Below, piece after piece: positions 46,576-56,238 of a DNA stretch of 64,000 bases. Position numbers and translations under genes: made by a program. Position 1 is the first letter of the stretch. Each line of letters begins with the position of its first letter. The notes under the pieces are model-generated. The model searched no databases. It was not told the origin of the DNA and saw nothing but the letters and a program-made list of their open reading frames with translations. Origin of the DNA: an uncultured Gemmatimonadota bacterium (GTDB lineage: Bacteria > JAAXHH01); NCBI GenBank assembly GCA_951812955.1, contig OX638340.1, forward strand, positions 896,001 to 960,000, in the 5' to 3' direction.

Positions 46576-47193
46576 ATGACCGATAGAGATGAGGTTACGG
46601 GCGTCATCCTCGCGGGAGGAATGAGCAGCCGATTCGGTTCCAACAAGGCGCTGAGCAGGTTTGATGGAGAACGGTTGATCCTCCGGCTGTGCAAGAGGGT
46701 GGGCGCAGTGACGGACCGGATGGCACTGATCACAAATACGCCGGAAGAATACGCCTTTCTGAACCTGGATTCCCGGAAGGACCTGGTACCCCGATGTGGT
46801 CCTATCGGCGGCATCTACACCGCGCTCAAAACGGCTGAAACTCCACTGTGCCTGTGTGTCGCGTGCGACATGCCCTTCATCAGGCCGGCACTGCTGGAGT
46901 ACATGGTCGAAAGGTCGCCAGGGTACGACGTGATCGTCCCCGTACAAGACGGCCGCGAGGAACCGCTGTGTGCGGTTTACCGGAACACCTGCGTCCCGGC
47001 GATCGACAACCGGATCCAGGCAGGGAAGTACAGGATTACCGGGTTTTTCAACGAGGTTCGCGTCCTTCGCGTCGCTTTGGAAGACGCGGGGATCCATGAT
47101 GCGGATATGTTCTTCAACATCAACCGGCCGGAGGACTATGACGAGGCGTTGAAACGGCTGAACCGGCCGGAGGATCGGCGGTCGTCGCAGTGA
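46576..47193 (+). CDS. molybdenum cofactor nucleotidyltransferase (MobA/MocA-like)
   Basis: 205 aa with N-terminus GVILAGGMSSRFGSNKAL typical of MobA-like NTP transferases. The sequence does not decide between guanylyl- and cytidylyl-transferase. C-terminal NRPEDYDEALKRL/NRPEDRRSSQ duplication (39-bp period). Confidence 0.7.
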   Translation: MTDRDEVTGVILAGGMSSRFGSNKALSRFDGERLILRLCKRVGAVTDRMALITNTPEEYAFLNLDSRKDLVPRCGPIGGIYTALKTAETPLCLCVACDMPFIRPALLEYMVERSPGYDVIVPVQDGREEPLCAVYRNTCVPAIDNRIQAGKYRITGFFNEVRVLRVALEDAGIHDADMFFNINRPEDYDEALKRLNRPEDRRSSQ

Positions 47194-47244
47194 TCGCAGG
47201 GACCCGGGCACGGTGCGGAGGATTGCCGACGGACAGACCGGCAC

Positions 47245-47304
47245 GGCCTTTCAAGGCGGATAGGCCGGAGTACCGGCCATTCCGGGCGGATAGGCTACCC
47301 GCCG
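47245..47304. repeat. 30-bp x2 degenerate tandem repeat (CGGCCTTTCAAGGCGGATAGGCCGGAGTAC / CGGCCATTCCGGGCGGATAGGCTACCCGCC) in the convergent gap after mobA
   Basis: Core GGCGGATAGGC at 47256 and 47285, with a further CTACCCGCC x2 at 47295 and 47311. Confidence 0.5.
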
Positions 47305-47311
47305 GATCCGT

Positions 47312-47983
47312 CTACCCGCCCGATCGGCCCTCGATCAACAGGATGAATTCTCCCCTGAGCCGCCGGTCGCGGGTCTCCTCCAGCAGCCGGGACAGTGAAT
47401 GCCGGTCGATTTTCTCGTGAAGCTTCGTCAGTTCGTTCGCCAGAACCGCCCTGCGGTCTCCGAATACCTCCAGGGCGGCGGCGATGAGCGCGGGTACCCG
47501 GTGGGGACTCTCGAAATAGATCAGCGTATCTTCCCGTTCCACGTCCACTTCGAGATAGCGTCGCCGGGCTCCGGGTTTTCGGGGAGGAAATCCGCAGAAG
47601 GCGAAGCGATGCACGGGCAGGCCCGACAGGACCAGCGCCATAATCAACGCGCTCGGTCCCGGAGCCATGCTCACGGGGATTTCGGCCTGTACCGCAGCCC
47701 GTACCAGACGGTAACCAGGATCGGCGATTCCGGGCGTGCCCGCATCCGTGACCAGGGCAAGTTCCCGGCCCTTTTCAAGGAGCGAAAGCGCCCTGGTTAC
47801 GGCCCGTTGTTCGTTGTGTTCGTGATAGGCCATCTGCCGGGCGTTGATCCCGAAATGCTTGAGCAGGCGTCCGGTCCTGCGCGTATCTTCGCTGAGAACG
47901 ATATCCACGCCGCGCAGGATCTCCAGCGCCCTGAGCGTGATGTCGTCAAGATGGCCGATCGGCGTGGCTACAAGGTAGAGCAT
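47312..47983 (-). CDS. rsmI: 16S rRNA (cytidine1402-2'-O)-methyltransferase RsmI
   Basis: 223 aa with N-terminal [22 protein letters not shown] and tetrapyrrole-methylase-fold motifs diagnostic of RsmI. Confidence 0.85.
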   Translation of the reverse strand: MLYLVATPIGHLDDITLRALEILRGVDIVLSEDTRRTGRLLKHFGINARQMAYHEHNEQRAVTRALSLLEKGRELALVTDAGTPGIADPGYRLVRAAVQAEIPVSMAPGPSALIMALVLSGLPVHRFAFCGFPPRKPGARRRYLEVDVEREDTLIYFESPHRVPALIAAALEVFGDRRAVLANELTKLHEKIDRHSLSRLLEETRDRRLRGEFILLIEGRSGG

Positions 47984-47986
47984 GAA

Positions 47987-49033
47987 TCAGTTCGACTGTT
48001 CGGGAAACGGCGCGCGTATGTCGTAGCGTCCGTGTATCTCCACGGGAAGTGTCCCCTCCTCTACCATGATGTCCAGTGGATTGTCTCCCGTCCGGAGCGG
48101 CAATTCGACCGCGTCGCGGATTCGCGCCGACTCGTAGATCGCCATCATGAGTTCCATGGTCAGGCGGGCCGTTCCGCCCTCGTTGCGGTGCGCATCGATG
48201 CGGCCGTCCAGCCAGGATATGAACTCGTCGTACTGGTCGGCCTCCACCGGCGGTGGCTGGATGGACTGCCAGTCGCTGGAATGCCGGTTCAACAACAGTA
48301 GGCTGCCCTCCGGACCGCGCTTCAAAATCCCCTCCGTCCCGTAAATGACGTCGCCCTGAAGGCCCGGTTCGGGCAGATCGCTTTCGTAGGTTCCCCTTAT
48401 CCCACCCTCGAAGGCGATGATCGCCGCGCACCGGTCCTCGCACCGCACCCGACGCTCCCACCGGTCCGTCTTGCGCGTCACCTGGCCGATCACCCAGATC
48501 GGTCTGGGGTCGCCCAGCACATACATCATTTCATCGAGTTCGTGGGTACCCCTGTTGAGCAGGCCGTGGGCGTCCCTGCGCAGCATGGCCGTGGGCGTTC
48601 CGATCGCGCCTTCCAGCACGAGGCGTCGCGCTTCCACGTTCTGCGGGGTGAACCGGCGCTGGTGACCGATTGCCAGCTTGACACCGTGTTCCGCGCAGGC
48701 TTCCAGCATGCGGTCGGCCTCGCCCAGACTGGACGCCATGGGCTTTTCGCCCAGGATTCCTACCACGCCCGACTCCGCCGCCGTCACGGTGATCTCGGCC
48801 CGGACGTTCTGCCATGTGGTGACGCTGACGATGTCACACGCCTCGCTCTCCAGCATGTGCTCGTAATCCGTGTAGGACTTCGCGCCGAATTCGCCGGCCA
48901 GTTTACGGGCGCTTCGCTCGTTGACGTCAGCGACCGCGACCACCTCGGTGTGCGTCTTCTGCGTCCAGTGGCGCGCATGAGAACCGCCCATGCCCCCGCT
49001 GCCTATGATGCCGACCCGATATGACCCGGTCAT
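47987..49033 (-). CDS. Gfo/Idh/MocA-family oxidoreductase
   Basis: 348 aa with N-terminal Rossmann motif YRVGIIGSGGMGGSH. Stop lies 4 bp upstream of the rsmI start, so likely co-transcribed. Confidence 0.8.
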   Translation of the reverse strand: MTGSYRVGIIGSGGMGGSHARHWTQKTHTEVVAVADVNERSARKLAGEFGAKSYTDYEHMLESEACDIVSVTTWQNVRAEITVTAAESGVVGILGEKPMASSLGEADRMLEACAEHGVKLAIGHQRRFTPQNVEARRLVLEGAIGTPTAMLRRDAHGLLNRGTHELDEMMYVLGDPRPIWVIGQVTRKTDRWERRVRCEDRCAAIIAFEGGIRGTYESDLPEPGLQGDVIYGTEGILKRGPEGSLLLLNRHSSDWQSIQPPPVEADQYDEFISWLDGRIDAHRNEGGTARLTMELMMAIYESARIRDAVELPLRTGDNPLDIMVEEGTLPVEIHGRYDIRAPFPEQSN

Positions 49034-49168
49034 GTATACTCCTTGAATACGGTCAGTTTCATGATCTCACGGCTCGACAGCGCGCCGTCCCGCGCAATTT
49101 ACTCCTTTCGCGACCGACCCGCAACCCCTGATTAGTAACGCCCGCGAGGTGGAATTCACGCCAACTTA

Positions 49169-49202
49169 TTGTATTGCACCGTGTCTGTATCGTCTGTATG
49201 AT
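49169..49202 (+). promoter_or_regulatory. putative promoter region of hemE (-10 TATGAT at 49197-49202, weak -35 TTGTAT/TTGCAC) with a TCTGTAT x2 direct repeat
   Basis: TGTCTGTATCGTCTGTATGATAGAT. RBS AAAGGA lies 5 nt upstream of the ATG at 49232. Confidence 0.25.
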
Positions 49203-49231
49203 AGATCTGGTCATCATGAGAAAGGATGGAC

Positions 49232-50737
49232 ATGGACTATAATGGATTGCAGGTCGCGACGCTCGATGAGTCTCTGAGCGACGCCATTGCCGCGCGCGGT
49301 GGCAAACCTGTGGTATCCAGGGCGGACGACACGGAGAGCCTGGATTCCTTTCTTGAAAACCTGGCACGGGACGACATCGCCGTACTGTTACTGACAGAAC
49401 CTGAACATGTCCGTGCGTTGTTCGGTCGCGCGTCCGCAACAGGGCGCGTCGAGCCCCTGCTGGATGCAGTCAGGCAAATTGCCGTGGGTTCGGCGGGACC
49501 CGCGTGCACGAAAATCTGGAGAAACCACCATCTTTCCGTCGATTTCGAACCTGACGGGACCGGCGGAGAAGCACTCGTGTCGGGCATGGCGCGCCTCGCC
49601 GCATACCTGGTCAACAAGAAACGCACCGCCGTGGACAGTGGGGTGGACACCTCGCACTGGCAACGCATCGACATGCGGTGGCATTTCGAAAGCGATCCCT
49701 ACGGAACCCGGGGCGAGTCTGCCTTCCTCCGGGCGTGCCGCCGGGAACCGACGGAATATACGCCCGTATGGCTGCTGCGTCAGGCGGGCCGATACCAGCG
49801 GGCCTATCGGGAACTGAAATCCGACCTGGATTTCCTGGACATGTGCAAGACCCCGGAACTCACCGCCGAGATCACGTTGATGGCCGTAGAACGCCTGGGG
49901 GTGGACGCCGCCATCCTATTCGCAGACATCCTCCCGCTGCTGCAACCGATGGGCTTCCACCTGGAATACGTCAAGGGACAGGGACCCGTCATTCGCAATC
50001 CGATTCGGTCGGACCGGGCCGTGGATCAACTCGAGGAGGAAGGACCGGAATCCCAGCATTTCGTTTACGAGGCCATCCGCATGGCATTGCCGGCGCTTCC
50101 ACCCCATATCCCGCTCATCGGTTTTTCCGGCGCTCCATTCACCCTGGCCGCCTATGCCATCGAGGGGCAGAGTTCGCGGGACTTCAGGCGCGTCAAGACC
50201 TTCATGTATTCCGAACCGAGGGCCTGGCATGCCTTGATGGCGAAACTGGCGAGAACCGTCACGGCCTACCTCAACGAACAGATCGAGGCGGGCGTTCATG
50301 CCGTACAGTTATTCGACAGCTGGGCAGGCTGCCTTTCGCCCGATGATTACAGGACATTCGTCCTTCCCCATACCGGGTACGTCTTCTCCAATCTGCGCCC
50401 CGGCGTTCCTTCCATACATTTCGGGGTCTGCACCGGTTCTCTGCTCGATTTGATGCGGGAGGCGGGTGGTGAGGTCATCGGGCTGGATTGGCGCGTGGAC
50501 CTGTCCGAAGCATGGCAGGACCTTGAACACGAGGTGGCGGTCCAGGGAAACCTGGATCCCATGGTCCTCTTTTCGTCCCCCGATGTAATCCGCCAGCATG
50601 CGGCGACCGTCCTGCACAAGGCCGGGGGACGTCCCGGACATGTCTTCAACCTGGGTCACGGCATACTGCCCGGCACACCGGAAGACCACGTCATCGCGCT
50701 CGTGGACGCCGTGCATGAATTGGGAATCGCTCGATGA
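49232..50737 (+). CDS. hemE: uroporphyrinogen decarboxylase HemE with an N-terminal ~150-aa HemD (uroporphyrinogen-III synthase, HEM4)-like half-domain in the same reading frame
   Basis: C-terminal ~350 aa is canonical HemE (FLRACRREPTEYTPVWLLRQAGRYQRAYR...). The N-terminal 150 aa resembles one HEM4 domain. There is no stop between the two parts, and an RBS and promoter precede the ATG at 49232. An alternative reading is a separate HemE start at M150 (ATG 49673). Confidence 0.75.
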   Translation: MDYNGLQVATLDESLSDAIAARGGKPVVSRADDTESLDSFLENLARDDIAVLLLTEPEHVRALFGRASATGRVEPLLDAVRQIAVGSAGPACTKIWRNHHLSVDFEPDGTGGEALVSGMARLAAYLVNKKRTAVDSGVDTSHWQRIDMRWHFESDPYGTRGESAFLRACRREPTEYTPVWLLRQAGRYQRAYRELKSDLDFLDMCKTPELTAEITLMAVERLGVDAAILFADILPLLQPMGFHLEYVKGQGPVIRNPIRSDRAVDQLEEEGPESQHFVYEAIRMALPALPPHIPLIGFSGAPFTLAAYAIEGQSSRDFRRVKTFMYSEPRAWHALMAKLARTVTAYLNEQIEAGVHAVQLFDSWAGCLSPDDYRTFVLPHTGYVFSNLRPGVPSIHFGVCTGSLLDLMREAGGEVIGLDWRVDLSEAWQDLEHEVAVQGNLDPMVLFSSPDVIRQHAATVLHKAGGRPGHVFNLGHGILPGTPEDHVIALVDAVHELGIAR

Positions 50738-52155
50738 AAGTCGTCGTGGTCGGCGGGGGCATAGCCGGGTTGAGCGCCGCGCACCGGCTGGCGGAAACGA
50801 AACGTCACGACCTGGAAGTGACGCTGCTGGAGCGGACGGACCGATTCGGTGGCACGATACGCACGATCGAGCTCGGCGGATGTCTGGTCGAACTGGGTCC
50901 GGATTCCTTTCTTTCGTCCAAGCCCTGGTTGACGCAACTGGCTGAGCGATTGGGCGTGGCTGATCGGATCATCGCCACTGCAACCACCCATCGCAGGTCC
51001 CACGTCGTCCATCGCGGCAAGCTGCACCCGTTGCCCGACGGGTTCCTGATGATGGCGCCTACCCGCCTCTGGCCCATGGTGACCACTTCGCTTTTTTCGT
51101 GGACGGGCAAGATCCGGTGCGCTTTGGACCTGGTACTGCCACGTTCGCGTGCAACCGGAGACGAGAGTCTGGGCGCGTTCGTCCGCCGGCGTTTCGGCGG
51201 AGAGGTGCTCGAGCGCGTCGTACAACCGCTCATCGGGGGCATCTATGCGGGAGACCCCGATAGGCTCAGCCTGAAGGCCACCATCCCGCGGTTCCTCGAG
51301 ATGGAAACCCGATACCGCAGTGTCATACGGGCCATGGTCGCACAGCGGCGCGCGGCCGCCCGGCGCGGAGGCGGTCCCACGGCCGGCAGCGGCGCGCGCT
51401 ACGGTGAACTGGTCACCTTCGACCATGGCATGAAAACCATCGTGCAGGCGTTGATGGAAAGCCTTCCGGAAGAAACGATGCGCACGCATTCCGACGTCGT
51501 GAGCCTGAGCCGCGAAGGGGACCTCTGGCGTCTGGCATGCGGCGACGGACAGCATATCGATGCGGATGCGGTCATTCTTGCCCTGCCTGCCCGAAAGGCC
51601 GCGGATCTGCTTCGCGGCATCGAAACGGGCCTTCATGATGAACTGTCGGCCATCCCCCACGCGTCGACGGCCGTCCTGAACCTCGTGTACCGGCGTTCGG
51701 ATGTGCCCCATCCCATGGACTGCTTCGGGTTTGTGGTTCCCGCGGTAGAGGAACGGGATATCATCGCCTGCACCTTCAGCAGCGTTAAGTTCCCGAACCG
51801 GGCGCCGGAGGACCACGTGCTGTTGCGCGCTTTCATCGGCGGCGCCCGGCAGCGGCACATGCTCGGTTTCGATGACGGGGAGCTGAACCGGATCGTCCGG
51901 GCGGAGCTGAAAGACCTCATGGGCATCGAAGCCGCTCCTCTTCACACCGCGCTTGCCCGGTACCCGGACGCCATGCCCCAGTACCTCGTCGGCCATAGCC
52001 GGCGCGTTGAGCGGATCGAATCACTGCTCGATCGGTATCCCGGACTTGCGTTGGCAGGCAATGCCTATGGCGGCGTGGGCCTGCCCGATTGCGTGCGTTC
52101 GGGTGAACAGGCAGCGGAGCGGGTACTGGAGATGGAGGAGAACGGCTCCCGTTAG
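50734..52155 (+). CDS. hemY: protoporphyrinogen/coproporphyrinogen oxidase (HemY/CgoX-family FAD amine-oxidase fold)
   Basis: 473 aa with N-terminal FAD motif VVVVGGGIAGLSAA. ATGA overlap with the hemE stop. The last 8 codons plus stop are tandemly copied downstream. Confidence 0.8.
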   Translation: MKVVVVGGGIAGLSAAHRLAETKRHDLEVTLLERTDRFGGTIRTIELGGCLVELGPDSFLSSKPWLTQLAERLGVADRIIATATTHRRSHVVHRGKLHPLPDGFLMMAPTRLWPMVTTSLFSWTGKIRCALDLVLPRSRATGDESLGAFVRRRFGGEVLERVVQPLIGGIYAGDPDRLSLKATIPRFLEMETRYRSVIRAMVAQRRAAARRGGGPTAGSGARYGELVTFDHGMKTIVQALMESLPEETMRTHSDVVSLSREGDLWRLACGDGQHIDADAVILALPARKAADLLRGIETGLHDELSAIPHASTAVLNLVYRRSDVPHPMDCFGFVVPAVEERDIIACTFSSVKFPNRAPEDHVLLRAFIGGARQRHMLGFDDGELNRIVRAELKDLMGIEAAPLHTALARYPDAMPQYLVGHSRRVERIESLLDRYPGLALAGNAYGGVGLPDCVRSGEQAAERVLEMEENGSR

Positions 52156-52238
52156 CAGATGGAGAAGGGCGACTTTCGCTAGCAGTTGAAGGAGCACGAC
52201 TCCTGTTCGGAGATGGAGCAGGGCGACTCTTGTTGACC
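52129..52238. repeat. 4 degenerate tandem copies of a 27-bp unit (GATGGAG-AGGGCGACT-T-GTTAGCA-like) starting in the last codons of hemY
   Basis: Units at 52129-52157, 52158-52184, 52185-52211 and 52212-52238. In the hemY frame they read EMEENGSR*, QMEKGDFR*, QLKEHDSCS and EMEQGDSC*. Three of the four keep an in-frame stop. Confidence 0.8.
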
Positions 52239-52276
52239 GACGCCGCCCGCGGGATTCATGCGTCGTGTTCCCGTTC

Positions 52277-52378
52277 TCCGGATGACATTCAATCCGTCCC
52301 CCGGTCCCGCAGCATCGTGTTCCAGCTCGCCGGATGCCATTCAAGCAGTCCCCTGGTCCCGCAGCATCGCAATCGCCG
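52277..52378. repeat. direct repeat, about 50 bp x2 (period 52 bp, about 88% identity over the 41-bp core), spanning the sulP stop codon
   Basis: R2 (52329-52378) is the 3' end of sulP on the minus strand (...AIAMLRDQGTA*). R1 (52277-52326), downstream of the stop, translates on the minus strand to a degenerate copy NTMLRDRGTD* with its own TGA. Confidence 0.7.
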
Positions 52379-53969
52379 TCTTCCGGGCTTCCTCCATGCT
52401 TCCGACCAGGCGCCAATCGGGGATGCTCCTTACGATGTCGAAGGACTTCAGTGTTTTAGATGCTGCGCCCGAGAGTCCCATCACGATCGTACCGGTTTTC
52501 TGTTCTTCGGCGACCTCAAACAGCCGTTGAATCACAAGGGCCGCACTGTCGTCCACATACTGGGTGTCAGAAAAATCGAAGATGACCACCTGGTGTTCCT
52601 TGATGTCTTCACCAATGGCCATGACCAGTTTCCTTGATGAAGCGATGGTAAAGCTACCCCTGAGAGAGACCAGACCCACCCGAGCTGTATGGGGTTCCAC
52701 ACCGGCCTGGATTCCTTCGGTGGAGAAAAACTCGCGGTCCAACAGGGGCACTGAGACCACGTTGTCGAGCTCCAGGTGTTCCAGCTGCCGGGCGTGGACC
52801 ATCCCGGCGGCGATCAGCCCGATGGCCACTGCCGTGATCAGATCGATGAAAACCGTGAGGCCCAGCGTGAGCGCCATCACCAGCAGATGTTCCCGCTGGA
52901 GACGATGAATCCGGGCGAGTACCCGCCAGTCGATGATGTTCCATCCGACCACAATGAGGATACCGGCCAGGACGGCATGGGGAACCGGCTCGACAAACCT
53001 GCCCAACCCGAGTAGAATCAACAGCAGGAACACGGCGCGCAGAACGCCTGAGACCGGAGTCTGTCCTCCCGAACGGATATTCGCCACGGTACTGACGGTG
53101 GCACCTGATCCAGGAAGACCGCCAAACAGCCCTGCCGCCATGTTGCCTATACCCTGACCCACCAGTTCCCGGTCAGGATTATGGCTTGATCCCGTGAGCG
53201 AATCCGCGATGAGGCAGGCGAGCAGACTGTCCACGGAGCCCAAAAGGGCGATAATCAGCGCGGGTTGGACCGCATACAGCAGAAACGACCAGGAAGGCAA
53301 CTGGAACTGTAGCGCGGGCAGTCCGGCCGGTATCTCTCCAATAACCGGCACGTCACTCAGCCAGAATACGCCCACCATCGTGCCGGCCAGCAAAGCCAGC
53401 AAGGGCGCGGGCACGTACCGGCTCAGCTGCCGAGGCCAGAAAACCGCCAGGACAAGGGTGACCACGGCGATGGCTACTGCGCTGAAGTTCGTGCTGTTCA
53501 ATGCATCGGGAAGGGATCGGATCGCGGCAAGTGCGCCCCCAGGGGCGACAGGCGTGCCGAGAAACGGAAGGGCCTGCATGAGGATGATGATGATGCCGAT
53601 ACCGGACATGAATCCGGATACAACCACATGGGGGGTGTAGGCGATGTATCGGCCCAAATTGGAAATACCCAGCAGCACCTGGATCGCTCCGGCGAGCATG
53701 ACAACGATCAGCGCCTCCGAGAGCGTGCTCACCTGGCTGGTGACGATTAACGCCATCGCGATCGTGACGGATGGCGCAGGACCGGAAACCACCGTCCGCG
53801 TGCCGCCGAACACTGAAGCAAAGAAACCTACCGCGATCGCGCCGTACATGCCCGCGGCCGCACCCATGCCGGACGCAACGCCAAAGGCCAGTGCGAAAGG
53901 CAATGACACCACGGCGGAGGTGAGTCCGCCGGTAAAATCACCTCTGAATGTACCCGGATCATACTTCAA
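52341..53969 (-). CDS. SulP-family sulfate/anion permease with C-terminal STAS domain
   Basis: 542 aa with a SulP-type N-terminus (FRGDFTGGLTSAVVSLPFALAFGVASG), many TM segments and a C-terminal STAS region. Confidence 0.85.
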   Translation of the reverse strand: MKYDPGTFRGDFTGGLTSAVVSLPFALAFGVASGMGAAAGMYGAIAVGFFASVFGGTRTVVSGPAPSVTIAMALIVTSQVSTLSEALIVVMLAGAIQVLLGISNLGRYIAYTPHVVVSGFMSGIGIIIILMQALPFLGTPVAPGGALAAIRSLPDALNSTNFSAVAIAVVTLVLAVFWPRQLSRYVPAPLLALLAGTMVGVFWLSDVPVIGEIPAGLPALQFQLPSWSFLLYAVQPALIIALLGSVDSLLACLIADSLTGSSHNPDRELVGQGIGNMAAGLFGGLPGSGATVSTVANIRSGGQTPVSGVLRAVFLLLILLGLGRFVEPVPHAVLAGILIVVGWNIIDWRVLARIHRLQREHLLVMALTLGLTVFIDLITAVAIGLIAAGMVHARQLEHLELDNVVSVPLLDREFFSTEGIQAGVEPHTARVGLVSLRGSFTIASSRKLVMAIGEDIKEHQVVIFDFSDTQYVDDSAALVIQRLFEVAEEQKTGTIVMGLSGAASKTLKSFDIVRSIPDWRLVGSMEEARKTAIAMLRDQGTA

Positions 53970-54021
53970 TGACAGGTATCCCTTGCAGATTACGACCGAT
54001 TACACGACGAGACCGCCCATA

Positions 54022-55359
54022 TCATCTTACCAGCCTTCTGAAGGGTTCTTTCTTCAGATCGCATTCCAGCAATTCCGCCAGGTTGCCACGGTCCAGGCCC
54101 GACTTGATGAGGCCGAAGACCTCCGACGCGGCTTCGCCGAGCTGCCGGATGTCTTCCTCCGTGTGGGCCATGGTTACCCGGAACGAGGTCGGGGTGAAAA
54201 CGCCCCGCCGCGACATCTCCTGGACGAATAGCGTGGAGACGACGGGCAGTAGTTCTGGATCGGGCAGGTCGAAGGAAAGGCCGGGATTGTAGGACAGGCC
54301 CACGCAGGCGCCCGGAAGCCCCGCGCTCGCCAGGGCGTCGTTTATCGTGGCTTTGACCAATGTACCCATGGATTCGAAGAAGGTTTCTGAATCCCGTCGT
54401 TTCAACTCGCGAATCGTGGTCAGCGCGGCGGCCAGACCCACGTTGTCGCTCCAGTAGGAACTGGAAACGAACATCGAAGCGGCCGGCGCCATGGCTTCGC
54501 GGGATCCCACGACGGCGCCCATGGCGTATCCGTTCGACATGGCTTTGGCCAGGGTCGTCACGTCGGGCGTCACCCCGGTATACTCCTGAAATCCCCCGAT
54601 GCGAAAGCGCCATCCGCAGGACACCTCGTCGAACACCAGCAGCGCGTCGTGTTCATGGGCCAGCCGCTTCACGGATTCCAGGTATCCGGGAGGCGGAAGC
54701 TCGGACCGCGCGGGTTCCATCATGACCGCCGCGACCTGTCCGTCGTACTGCTTGAGCAGGTCCGAGAGCATGTCCAGGTCACCGTACGTGAAGGGTATGG
54801 CCGTCCCCGCCAGTACGCGCGGCACGCCGATGGGCTCGATGCCCGCGAAGGGATATTCGCCGCTTTCGGGATCGACGAGGTAGTTGGCGGACTGGTACCA
54901 GTCGTGCCAGCCATGGTATCCGCAGAAGAGGATAATGTCCTTCCCGGTCGTACCCCGCACGATACGCACCGCCAGGGCGCAGGTCTCGCCGCCCGCCTTG
55001 GCGTACCGCACCATCTCGGCGCTGGGGATGGTATCGACGAGTTCCTCGGCGAGTTCGATTTCGAGCGCGCTGTTCAGCGTGTAGATGCTGCCCCGGTCGA
55101 TCTGTTCCTTCACCGCCTGGTCCACAACGTCATCGGCATGGCCCAGGATGATGGCGCTGACGGCGTTCATCATGTCCAGGTACTCGTTGCCGTCCACGTC
55201 TGTGAACCGCGCGCCCTTGGCCCGTTCCGCGTACACGGGGCTCACCCCGTTTGCGAACTGGCTGGCCCGCCTGCTGATCAGTTGCGTCCAGCCAGGGATC
55301 AATTGCTCGGCCCGTCTGTACATGCTCATGGACTGTTCTACGGAACGGATGACGGTCAT
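54022..55359 (-). CDS. class III aminotransferase (glutamate-1-semialdehyde 2,1-aminomutase-like fold)
   Basis: 445 aa with N-terminal AEQLIPGWTQ, GYHGWHDW and PLP-lysine region typical of GSA-AM-like enzymes. Last gene of a three-gene minus-strand operon. Confidence 0.75.
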   Translation of the reverse strand: MTVIRSVEQSMSMYRRAEQLIPGWTQLISRRASQFANGVSPVYAERAKGARFTDVDGNEYLDMMNAVSAIILGHADDVVDQAVKEQIDRGSIYTLNSALEIELAEELVDTIPSAEMVRYAKAGGETCALAVRIVRGTTGKDIILFCGYHGWHDWYQSANYLVDPESGEYPFAGIEPIGVPRVLAGTAIPFTYGDLDMLSDLLKQYDGQVAAVMMEPARSELPPPGYLESVKRLAHEHDALLVFDEVSCGWRFRIGGFQEYTGVTPDVTTLAKAMSNGYAMGAVVGSREAMAPAASMFVSSSYWSDNVGLAAALTTIRELKRRDSETFFESMGTLVKATINDALASAGLPGACVGLSYNPGLSFDLPDPELLPVVSTLFVQEMSRRGVFTPTSFRVTMAHTEEDIRQLGEAASEVFGLIKSGLDRGNLAELLECDLKKEPFRRLVR

Positions 55360-55401
55360 GCCTTCCTTCCTTTCACAATGTAAGTACGTCGTCGCGGCGC
55401 A

Positions 55402-56232
55402 TCAGCCGCGCGTCCGGTGCCAGGGTTTGAACAGCGCGCGCTGGTCGTCGTCCCAGCGCTTGAAAGTCGATTCGGTTATGTACTGCGCTTCGTCCATGGT
55501 GGCCTGATTCTGCGAAAGCATCCAGTAGGGACCGTATCCTACGTGGATGGTCTTCCGGACCTGGACGGACCGGTTGGTAATGCCGCCGTGCCTCAGGTTT
55601 TCCGTGAACAGAATGGCGTCGCCGGCCTTGACTTCCAGGGCGATCATGCCGGGTTCCTCGTCCGGATTGCCGCCATGGGGGCAGGGAAGGTTCGTCTTGT
55701 GGGTGCCGGGGACAACGGAAAAAGCGCCCTGGTCCCGGGAAACATCGTGAATGAAGTAGATCATGCGCACCATCATGCAGTCGATTCCGCCCGCGTTGAA
55801 CGCGTATCGGTACTTCTGATTCTCCGGACGCATGCCGCCGTGGGAGCCCGACTGGTTGCCGCGGTAGCGTATCCGGATCTCCGAGTTGTTAATCGTGGCC
55901 CTGCCCTGGACGATCCCGCCGATATACGCCATCGTGCGCGGGTCGTTCACCAGTACGTCGAATCGCTCGTCGGCATTCCAGAAATCCTCTATGATAATGG
56001 TTCTTCCTTCTTCATTCGATCCATCGGCGTGGTATCCCAGTTCGGGATTGCGGTGATAGTCCGGTCCCCACGGGCTGGCCTTTCGGGGCGGTTCATCGAG
56101 GTGCCGCAAAGCATGGACTTCCAGTTCGTCCACGGCGGACGCAAGCGAGGACACGGTATCGGAATCCAGCATGTCCTCGATCACGATATAGCCCTGTCGG
56201 TCGAATTCGTAGCGTTCGACATCGTTCATCAC
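55402..56232 (-). CDS. phytanoyl-CoA dioxygenase (PhyH)-family Fe(II)/2-oxoglutarate-dependent oxygenase
   Basis: 276 aa with PhyH-like HxD...H context (HAD...H near the C-terminus). Start lies 7 bp after the stop of the upstream PBP-like gene. Confidence 0.7.
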   Translation of the reverse strand: MMNDVERYEFDRQGYIVIEDMLDSDTVSSLASAVDELEVHALRHLDEPPRKASPWGPDYHRNPELGYHADGSNEEGRTIIIEDFWNADERFDVLVNDPRTMAYIGGIVQGRATINNSEIRIRYRGNQSGSHGGMRPENQKYRYAFNAGGIDCMMVRMIYFIHDVSRDQGAFSVVPGTHKTNLPCPHGGNPDEEPGMIALEVKAGDAILFTENLRHGGITNRSVQVRKTIHVGYGPYWMLSQNQATMDEAQYITESTFKRWDDDQRALFKPWHRTRG

Positions 56233-56238
56233 GACTCC

